Assembly (NCBI RefSeq): GCF_000143415.4
Contig: NW_003314317.1
Coordinates: forward strand, 62,001 to 126,000
Source: Selaginella moellendorffii
Lineage: Eukaryota > Plantae > Lycopodiophyta
Direction of reading: 5' to 3'
DNA length: 64,000 bases
Shown here: piece by piece, positions 12,923 to 23,607 of the stretch
Position numbering within the stretch: position 1 is the first letter of the stretch
How the letters are laid out: every line of letters begins with the position of its first letter
Notes under the pieces: model-generated
What the model saw: only the letters and a program-made list of their open reading frames with translations
Database searches by the model: none
What the model was told of the DNA's origin: nothing
Program-made: the position numbers and the translations under genes

Positions 12923-15900
12923 TGTCAGGAATCCCCCAATTCTTGCTACATTCCTAACTCTCGCTGGATTCCTGACCTGTAGACCACATTCCTGACTCTT
13001 GAGACACTTCCCTATTCCTAACTCTCAAGACACTTCTCTATTCCTGACTCTTGAGACACTTCCCTATTCCTGAGTCTCAAGTCACATTCCTGATGATGAT
13101 GTGGCGCCTCCTCGACCTCAGCTATATTTAGGTCATCCTCGATCCAAGAGTGGTGGAGCTTCATCAACCTATAGTATATATAGGTTAGCTTTGTTCCATT
13201 TTTCCACAATCTGAATCAATACCAGTTTAAAGCTTGCCGATGGAGTCTCCAAGCCATCCTGATTTCTTTGCCGAAGTCCTTGCAAAAATCTAGTCTGAGA
13301 ATACCGAGCTGAAGGCGACCCTTCTTTGCATGTAGCAAGAGCTTGCTTCACTTTCAGCTCAAGGATCCAGCAAAGTTCTTGAACCGAAGGTGAGTTTCCC
13401 GGCAAAATTTTCAGGCAAGCGTTTGGAGCTTTGTAAATTTCTAAACCAGATGGAGCTGATCTTTGCACTTCAACATCGGTAGTACCCCACTCCTGAGTCT
13501 CAAATCGGCGCGATTGGGACGTTGCTCAAAAATGCAACTTTGTCATGGTTTTCTCCTCTTCTGGAGAAGAGCATGAAAGGGGTCGTGGTTCCGGAGCTGA
13601 TGGATCTTCAATTGTTCAAAGAGAAGTTTGAAGCATGTTTTGGCGAGATGGATCGGGTTCAGGCTGTTACCACAAAGATGAGACGTCTCTCTCAAGGGTC
13701 TCGTCCTGCCTTGATTTACGCTTCAGAGTTCCAACTCCTTGCCTTGGACACTCAGTGGGATGAGCAGGCCTTGATTGACCAATTTCGTTTTGGCCTCAAC
13801 AATGGTGTCAAGGATTTGTTACTCACCATGGAGGATCCCAAGGACCTATCGGACGCCATCAACAAAGCTATTCGATGTGACAATCGTCTCTTTGAACGTT
13901 GTCAGGAAAGTCGCCGCGCCGTTGTTTTTCCGTCCCAGACTCAGGAATCCTAGCTTGAGTCTTTGGGGCATCCTCCTGAACCTACTGCTCCGGTCCCGAT
14001 GGATATTTTTGGTACTCCCCGACTCATTAGAGGGAAGTTGAGTCCTGCTAAGAAGCAACGTCGAATATCTCATAATCTTTGCCTCTACTGTGCTGATCCT
14101 AATCACAAAGCAGCTGTGTGTCCCAAGAAGCCTCCCCGATTGCTCGAGTTCACTCTGCCTCAAAGTCCACCTCTGTTGCAGTCGGGAAACGACCCTATCC
14201 AAACAGAGTAGGAGCTGTCTGTTTGGACTCCTCGAATAAAAATCACTTTTCTTCTTTATCAAGCTCCTCACCACTTTTCATCAAAGCCACCACCAATTCC
14301 CGCAATTTCCAAGTCCCATGTCTCCTTTCTTTCACCAGACAATCAAGACTCAAGGCTCTAGCGCTACTAGATTCGGGTGCAACTTCCTGCTTCATGGATA
14401 CGGACTTTGCTGCCCGACATCACATTCCTCTTTCTCCTACCATACGGGATTTGAGGGTTGAAGGCATCGGCGGGCATTTTGTGTCTTTATCTTCTGGACT
14501 TAGGGAAATGTTGCCTGTTCAAGTACACATTAGGTCCACCGTCATCGATATCGCCTTCAACATCATCAACAGCAAGTCCTCCTCCGTGGTGCTCGGTCTT
14601 CCTTGGTTCCAACTACATCAGCCTCAGATCTGTTGGAAGGAATTACAGCTCATCTCTCCCACATCACCATCTCCCACGGCTTCCCCTGCTGTTCATCGAG
14701 TCCGAATCAGGAAAAGTTCCCTAAACTCAAATCGGGGTTCTGTTCCTGACTCTACGAAGTTTTCACCCTCTTTTTTTTCCTCTCTTCCATCTTACACTGG
14801 ACAGTATCTTCGTCTCATCATTCCATTTAGTCATACACCTCCTTCTATTTCCACAATCACTATGAAAGAACTCCTTCATGAAGAACTTATTTTCCTTTTT
14901 GCTTTGCATGTTTCTCCTATCAATCTTCCTGAGAAGTATCATGATTTTGGGGATGTGTTTGACAAGAAAAAAAACTAATGTACTGCCTATTCATCAGCTT
15001 TATATCTGTCCCATTAATTTACAGGAAGGAGTGTCACCTCCATGGGGGCCTATCTACGAGTTATTCCCGTCCGAGCTTAAGGCCCTCAAAGAGTACGTGG
15101 ATGAGAACCTTGCTTCGGGGTACATTCAACATTCGTAGTCCTCGGCTAGAGCGTTTGTCTTCTTTGTCAAGAAGAAGGATGGGAGTTTGCAGCTAGTCAT
15201 CGACTACTGAGGTTTGAACAAGGTGACTGTTCAGAACCATTATCCGTTGCCCCTAATCTCGGACCTGTTGGAACACCTCGGCGGTGCCCGCTTCTTCACC
15301 AAGATCAACCTTCGTGGAGCATACAACCTAATCCGAATCCAGCCTGGTGATGAATAGAAGACTGCGTTCCAAACCCGTTATGGCCACTTCAAATACATTG
15401 TCATGCCATTTAGCTTGACAAATGCTCCAGCAGTTTTCCAACACATGGCAAACAACGTCTTTCGGGAGTTTCTTGATCAAATGGTGATCATCTACCTCAA
15501 TGACATCCTCATCTACTAAAAAACTCAGGAAGAGCACAACAAACATGTATGCAAGGTGCTGGCGAAGCTGCGAGAACACGGCCTATACGCGAAGCTTGAG
15601 AAATGTTCCTTCGATCAGCAGTCTGTGGAGTTCCTTGGGTACATTGTCACTCCTGAGGGTATCACGATGGATCCTGCCAAAGTCAAGACTATTCTCGAAT
15701 GGGAGTCTCCACAATCAATGTCGGACGTTCAAGTTTTCCTTGGCTTCGCCAACTTCTATCGCAAATTCATTGATCACTACTCTGACATTGTCCTTCCTCT
15801 CACGCATCTCACTCACAAGGATGTTCCCTTCTCTTGGTCTACTGCTGCACAGCAGGCCTTCGACACACTCAAGGTGGCCTTAAGTTCTGCTCCTGTCTTG

Positions 15901-18345
15901 ATCCATGCTAATTCCTCACAACCTTTCTTCATCGAGGCTGACGCCTCCGACTTTGCCATCGGTGCTGTGCTATCTCAACTCGGAGCAGATCAAGAACTTC
16001 ATCCAGTCGCTTTCCATTCTCGGAAATTCCAGCCTGCGGAGATCAAGTACAAAATCCACAACAAGGAGCTCCTTACCATCGTGGATTCCTTTGGAGAGTG
16101 GCACCGTTTCTTGGATAGGGCGGGCCATCAAACAGCAGTCTGAACGGATCACAAAAATCTCGAGTACTTTGCCACTTCCCGAGTTTTAAGCCGTCGTCAA
16201 GCAAGGTGGGCACAATTCCTGAGTCAGTTTGACTTTGTTATCATGTACAAACCTGGAAAGCTTCAAGGCCTTCCTAATGCTCTTTCAAGGCGCTCCTATC
16301 TCAATCTCAGGCATGGTAATCCTGCCTTCGATTGATAGGATCAAGTTATCCTTGGTCCTAATTGGCTTCAAGTTATGGCAATTTCCCTGGCCCCTCAGGA
16401 CTCCTCCTTGATGGATGCGATTAGAAACGATCTTCAATCTGATGATCTCGCCAGCGACATTTTCCCCCATCTTCAGGCTGGACACCAAGTGACTCTCGAC
16501 TGCCGGCAATTTGATGAGTTCGAGTTCTTAGATGGCTTATTGTACCATAGGGAGCAGCTTTACATTCCTGAAGGTGATGCTCGAAGGTTGGTCCTGATGG
16601 CGTGCCACGATAACCCGACTGCTGGTCACTTCGGCATTGCGAAAACCTATGAGCTAGTTGCACGGGACTTTTGGTGGCCTCACATGGACAACTACATCAA
16701 AGCTTTTGTTACCTCCTGTGACACTTGCACCCGGAATAAGGTACCTTGCCACCTTCCTTCATATTTGCTTCGTTCCCTCCCGGTCCCTTCAGGTCCTTGG
16801 GAATCCATCTTCATGGATTTCTTGAGTGATCTTCCGAGTTATGGAGGCTTCAACAGCATTTTAGTCGTGGTGGATCGCTTCACAAAGATGGCGCACTTCT
16901 TGCCATGTACCAAGGAGTTTTCGGGCAAGGACATAGCAAAACTGGTATTCAGGGAAATTTTCCGACTTCATGGGATTCCTACAGATGTGGTTTCGGATCG
17001 GGGGCCTCAATTCATCTCTCATTTCTGGCAACGGTTTTTGCAGTTGCTTGGAGTGAAGGCCAACCTCTCTTCGGCATATCATCCTCAAACTGATGGACAG
17101 TCTGAGCGAACGATTCAGACATTGGAACAGTTCTTGAGGTGCTTTATCAACTATCATCAGGATAACTGGTTCGATATCCTTCCCCTTGCTGAGTTCTCCT
17201 ATAACAACTTTGTTCACTCCTCTCTTCGAATTTCCCCTTTCTTTGCGAACTCTGGCTGAAATCCCTGATTCAATCTCTCACTTCCTTCTCCATCTGAATC
17301 CTCTCGTTCAAATCCCCACTCTGAGGCATTTGTTTCCAACCTCCAGGAAATCCACAACTCCATCTCCTTCCACCTCCATCGTGCTCAGGAATTTCACAAA
17401 ACATTTGCCAATGTCCATCGTTAGGATTGTCCCCCTTACAATATCGGGGATAAAGTCTGGCTCCTCAGGCGAAATATCTCCACCACCAAGTCTTGTCCAA
17501 AACTTGATTTCAAACACCTCGGTCCTTTCCCTATCATTGGCATCATTAATCCTGTCACTTATCGCTTTGCACTTCCTACCTCATATCAAATTCACCCCGT
17601 TTTTCACTCCTCTCTCCTTGAGCCTTATATTCTCAGTCCTATTCCAAATCGAGTCATTCCTCCGCCTCCACCAGTGCAGCTCAAGGATGGGTCTGAGTAC
17701 GAGGTTTAGGACATCCTTGATTCCAAGATTTCATGGTCTAAACTCTACTATCTAGTCGACTAAAAGGGTTACGGACTTAAGGAATGCACTTGGGAACCTG
17801 TGGACAACCTGATTCATTCTCCTGACCTTGTTCAGGACTTCCACCACCGCTATCCTTCTCGTCCCAGTCCTCATTCTTTTTCTCCATCTCCCATCCCTCG
17901 CCACTCATCTCATCCTCCTCGTCATTCTTGTTCATATCCTCGTTTCACTCGTTCTTGCTATCAGGAATCCCCCAATTCTTGCTACATTCCTGACTCTTGC
18001 CAGATTCCTGACCTGGAAACCACATTCCTGACTCTCGAGACACTTCCCTATTCCTGACTCTCGAGACACTTCTTTATTCCTGACTCTCTAATTTCCTATA
18101 CGATTCCTGAGTCTTGAGCCACATTACTAATGATGATGTGGCACCTCCTCGACCTCAACTATATTTAAGCCGTCATCAATCCAAGAGTGGTGGAGCTTCA
18201 TCAACTTATAGTATATATAGGTTAGCCTTGTTCTATTTTTCCACAATCTGAATCAACACCAGTCTAAAGCTTTTTCTTTCTTTCCACTAGCTTTTCTCTT
18301 TGTCTTTTGCATTTTCCAGTCTTGATCTTGTTGGGGGTCTTGACA
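12923..18345 (+). mobile_element. Ty3/gypsy chromovirus LTR retrotransposon, decayed (copy 1); 5' LTR 12923-~13235 (truncated), 3' LTR 17959-18345
   Basis: TGTCA...TGACA termini; TSD AGTTG/AGTTA; gag (from ATG 13240) with zinc knuckle CLYCADPNHKAAVC; protease ALLDSGAT; RT ([21 protein letters not shown]); RNase H (EADASDFAIGAVL); integrase (HH-CC zinc finger, SDRGPQFISHFW); chromodomain at ~17690-17815; many stops and frameshifts. Confidence 0.95.
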
Positions 18346-18893
18346 AGTTAAAAATTTCATAGGATAAGTGTTAATCCTTTAATTTTCTATCTAATCTTTT
18401 TCCTTTACCTTCTACTTTTTCCTAACCTTTTCTTATTTCTCAACCTAAACCACTTTTTCATATTCTTAGCTTCTTTATTTATACTATTTCCTTCTTTTGA
18501 TATATCAATCATTTATGACTTTTATAATTTTCATTCTCAACTCAATGTTGAATTGAGTGTTTTTTATCTTTTTAGTTGAGTATGTGTGTGCTGTTGTTTT
18601 GTTGGTAGAGTCTTTAATTAGTTTTAGTGTTAAATATTTGTTTATTCTAAGAGTTGAGTCACTTTGGCTAAAGTTTTGAATTAAGTGTATATTCCCATTT
18701 ATGAATGTTGTTGAGAGCCTTTGTTTTATCATTGCTATTATAAGGATGAGTATACATAATAGTGGAACAAATTGTAAATAACTAAAGAGAACAACTTGAG
18801 AAACGGTCCATGGGTTTAAATATAGAGGGAAAAGGCCCATGAATAAAAATGCACCTTTTTTTCCAATCGGTTAAGGGTATTAGGATATTTGGG

Positions 18894-18948
18894 GTTAAGT
18901 GTCCTTGGGTTTCAATAGTACTGGGCTAGGTGACCTCCTGGGAAGACC
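18894..18948 (+). other. 5S rRNA-derived fragment (internal control region: A box/IE/C box), Cassandra- or SINE3-like
   Basis: GTTAAGtGTcCTTGGGtttcAaTAGTACTgGGcTaGGTGACCTCCTGGGAAGaCC aligns without gaps to the 3' half of plant 5S rRNA; the 5' half is not recognisable. Confidence 0.75.
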
Positions 18949-21900
18949 AAACTTAGAAGCTTACATAAAAGTGAATAACATGGATTATGAAGTAAGGATA
19001 AATATAGTGACTCTAAATAGAGCATCCAACCTTAATATAATAAGGCTGAACAGATGTAATAGTGGAATGAGGCTGACTATTAAATATAGTTATACACACA
19101 CACATTACCCTGTTTAAGTAATATGTTAATTATAATACTATAGCATATGGACTATTCATTTGGGAATAAATATGGTCTATCTATTCTTGTATATAAGTAA
19201 AGGTGTAAACCTCAAATGATATATTTATTTCTATATCCTGAGCATTTATATCTTGTAAAAGAAATTTTAAAAAATAATTATATCTCAAATTAATTTAAAC
19301 TTGAATATATCATATAAAATTATAGTTCAAAGATAGTTTTATCATTTTAATATTTTTTAACAATTATCTAAAAACCTAATGATAGTAATAAAAGAAAATA
19401 TTTAAATGCATTTGTGATTGTATAGCATTTGGACCTCACACATCTAAATAAAATTTATATACTATCCTGAGTACTTTAGAAGTTTATATTTGAAAGATGT
19501 AAAATAAGTAATATAAAGTGAATCTTTCTCTTACTCTAAATTAAATTAAAATATATTATTAATAATATAATTATTTTAAATTTTTTAATCATAAGTGAGT
19601 ATGTTTAATAAGTAAACAGTTTCTTATATCAAGTAAGCATGCATTTAAAACAATAAAAAATAAAAAATAAAATAAAATATAGTAATTCACATTGTGAATG
19701 TATGAAATATTAAAAAGGAATACAAAAATGTGCATCCACAAACTGTAGCTTATATATAAGAGTAAGTAGTCCAAATTGAAATCAATCCAATAGTTATCAA
19801 AATCTCATTACACTAATATTATTATACGGCATTATAACTGTACATTTGAATCTCATATCATCCCTTCCTCTCAAAAAAAGTGAAGACAGCCAGTGTTCTT
19901 TAGTGGACGGACTAAGATCTAAAGGAACATTAAAAAGAGGTATCAATGGCTTTATAGATAGTGTTAGTTGTTCTTAATCCTTTTATATGAAGTGTTTTAA
20001 TTATTGTACATATATAATTTTTAGAGGATTGGCATGTTGAATGTTATGCCAAACTTCATAAACTTGTGGTCCAACTTGTTGCAACACCCGATACAGTACT
20101 TTCCACTGAGCAAAGAGCTACTTAAACAAACCACATATCATAAAATTAAGAAAATAGATTAACATCGATTCATCCACTTTATTCTCTATAAGTGAACAAT
20201 GATGGGAGTTATAGCACCATTGTTATCCCATTTTATACAACCTAAGTGTTTATCCAACTTTGCTCGAACAAGTGGAAGAATGGTTATTAAATACTAATTT
20301 GAAAACCTAGCATCAACAACTCGAGGTAAATATCAATTTAAACCCAACTTTATTAATGATATTATGTTATGATTATATAGAAGTTTATATGGTGAAATAT
20401 CAACAAAATTTTGTACCTTTGTAACATACGCATACTAAAGAGATGGTAAATAACCATCCCAATTTAAATATTAAAAATTCATGTACTTTACAATTATCCC
20501 TTTAAAGGTCCAAACAAGCCATCACCAAGCCATCTATGTGTGGATGATAGACTTTCATGAAAGTGTTGCATATTGTTGAGAATCAATGCATAAGTGAATA
20601 TTCTCATTAGGCTTTGTGACAAGATAAAGTTCACATGCTTAAGGACTTTATGACTTTCAAATACTATACTATCCAAAAAATTCTCAATTGTTGTTCAAAA
20701 CATTCCCAAGTATTGTCCATAACATTCCCAACTTCATCTGCTTTGACATATTTGGCTCTGCACGAAGCAAGACATTCTAGAAGTGAACATAAAATTGCAT
20801 GAATGATTATGATAGCTTTTGATAAAGGAAATGCAACTATTGAAAGGCATTATTATAATTATTAACATGCCCAAGTTTATGTTTTAAGACGTCCGAGAGA
20901 ATGCTCCAATCCACACGATTTGCTGCACTTAAACTATTGTACTATTGCAACACGGTCCCTTGGAGGCACATAGGAAACTCATGCAAATACCGAGCATTAT
21001 CTCAAAAATAATAAGTAGCAATCATTATAGTATCATCGAATCAATGGTACACATCATCTCTAGGATTCCCATGGAATAACTTTGGCTAGATGCAAGGATT
21101 GGCAATAAGAGTAGGAGGAGTTGTACCACATGCCATGAATAACACTATCAACTGAGTTTAATTTTTTAACTACAATTACATAATATTAAACAACTACATT
21201 GACTACTACTATAGAATTAAGGTTGTTGCTTTGCCATGAAGATAAACAAAAAGAAGAAAAAGCAAAAAAAAAAAAAAGAAATTAAAAAAAAGTAAAATCT
21301 AAATAATGCAAAAGTTAAATCTAAACTAGAATCCTAAATCCAAGCATTCAAAGCTCCACCATTGTGCATGGAATATGAAAAAGGATTCAAATTGAAACCA
21401 ATTCAACAACTATCAAAATTCCACTACACTAATATTAATATACAGTATTGTAGTTGTACACTTGCCAATTTGTGTAATGACATTTTGGAGAAGTTTAACA
21501 CTATTAATATGAAAAAACCAAATTAAATGGCATTATATGTAATTCAGTTTTCAAGGACTCAGATATTGTTCATATTATTTAGAAAATAAACTACAAGAAA
21601 AACTAAAGCTACAAAAATGCTGCTTATCATTGGACTTTTCTTTAGTACCATTTACCATTTCTGATTACTTTGATGTGTGTGTGTGTGTTAGAGAGAGAGA
21701 GAGAGAGGGGGGCTCCAGTGATGAAGGGTAAATGGACTCCAGGGTCTCCTTCTGTGTTTTTCTTTTGTTTTCTAAAAGCAATGCATAGATTATTTTTGCT
21801 TAATCTTTTAATCATCTGAGTGGTGGTGTTGTTCATCTATGAAACAATGTCAAATCAATCCCCTCTCACCGACGTGCCGCAGTGGCCAATAGACGAAATG

Positions 21901-22998
21901 GATTCCATCGATCGCGGGCCAGAACCAGAGAAGGAAAGCCCTTGGTTGGCTGGCTGGTCCCAGTCTTTGGTGACGCTGATTGATTGACACGGACCAGTTG
22001 CATGCATGGGTGCTTGACAAGGAAAGGTCAGTGTTACTCTTGTCAATTGTTGGTGTTGTTGGCCCATGGGACCCCAAAGCGATTTTGATGTAGCAACGCA
22101 ACCCAGTCATATGCACTTTGGAGCTGCAACATGACCGGTGCACAGACAACATGCAGTTGCTCGAAAAGAATACAGCACATCGCCGTGCGTTCGTGTTCAC
22201 GATTTTCGTCCCCTGTGCAATTCCGGCCCTTGTTGGACTCCTCCTAAAAGGCTTGAATTCTTGCATTCATCAGTCAGTAGTCTTATAATGCTTGACATTG
22301 GGTACCACAAGACTATCAAAACAACATATTCATAGGGCACACAAATATGCCACTCCCATTTGGCAAACAATTGAGCAGTGCAATGCTTTCCCCACTTCCC
22401 TCCACTCTCTTTCCCACATCTTCCTTTTTTCCAAGGTGGCCCATGTGTGCCTCTTGATGTCACATAAAAACAACCCCTCCACAATGTACATGAAATTTAA
22501 AGTTGGGAAAGAATCAATCCACCCACGCAGCCAATCAGGATGTACGTATACAGAGGATCAAGTTACGTAATTCACCTGAAGATCAGGCATAATTTACATA
22601 CACCTTTTAAGATTTCTGATACTTGCCAAATTTTTCCATCAATGTTTAACTACATCCATGTGAACTGCGAATTCCGCTGCCTGCTTCATCCCTTTTTTTG
22701 TCTTTTGGAGGCTGCAGCATTCATCGTGTACTTGTCTTATACGCAAGGCCCGTATAAGCTCACAGCCGCGTAGGAATTTATGAGAGCGTGCTCTGCCTGC
22801 GCATGCAGCTGTGAAGATCACGCACGACCGCGGGACGAGACGATTCTCGCTCGCCTTCGCTCGAGTTCTCGTCCGAAAGTAGCCAGCGGCTGGTTCCTTT
22901 TGTGCGAGATGATATAAAAGAGAGGCGGAAAGGAGAGACTCTAGAACGAATCGATCGTCGCCAATCCACCACCCTCGTTGCTAAACCCCACAGTGACT

Positions 22999-23607
22999 CT
23001 AATTTGCTCGTGGCTGCTGCTGGCTCTCGATCGCCGCCGCCACCGATTGTAGCACGCCCACCTGGAACCGCAAGAACATCATGTAGTCGGCGGCCTCGCC
23101 CAGGAGGACCGAGCAATTCATGTCGTGTCCGCCGGGAACTAATCCCTGCAATGCCTTGACACGAGATTGGATCGTCTGCTCGTCGTCCCTGCTGGATCGT
23201 CGCTGCTGCTGGGATTGCATGATCCTGCGCTTCAATCGTCCCTGGCATCGGCTGGCACGAACCTGGCGCGCCGCGGCCTTGAGAATACTGCGATGCCTCA
23301 GCCGCCGGCAAATCTTTCGCTTGGACGAGCGCGCGACCCGCAGCAGCGCTGGAAATCTCCGGCCCGAGGAGGAGAGATTCGACCCGGCGGCGGCGGCGGC
23401 GGCGGCGGCGGGTGGATCTTGTTGCTGGAGCTGATCGCCCAGCGCGGCGCTCCACCCCGCGCCGCTTCCAGTGATGGCAAGCGATCCGTCGGCCAGATTC
23501 TTGATCGCCTTCCCCCGTTCCGTGACGCTCAGATCAGCGTTCCTCATCATGGTGCCTAGCGGCGGCAAGAGGTGGCTCTTGAGCAATTCGATGTAGTAGT
23601 CGTCCAT
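22999..23607 (-). CDS. Atypical (non-DNA-binding) bHLH of the IBH1/AIF/UPBEAT1-like group, intronless
   Basis: ATG 23607; N-terminal AIKNLADGSLAITGSGAGWSAAL motif; HLH RVKALQGLVPGG...LLGEAADYMMFLRFQVGVLQ. Confidence 0.88.
   Translation of the reverse strand: MDDYYIELLKSHLLPPLGTMMRNADLSVTERGKAIKNLADGSLAITGSGAGWSAALGDQLQQQDPPAAAAAAAAGSNLSSSGRRFPALLRVARSSKRKICRRLRHRSILKAAARQVRASRCQGRLKRRIMQSQQQRRSSRDDEQTIQSRVKALQGLVPGGHDMNCSVLLGEAADYMMFLRFQVGVLQSVAAAIESQQQPRAN

Noticed and set aside
12990-13085. CRISPR-like appearance of 26-bp repeats
   Set aside because: Contiguous tandem units without spacers, inside a eukaryotic LTR
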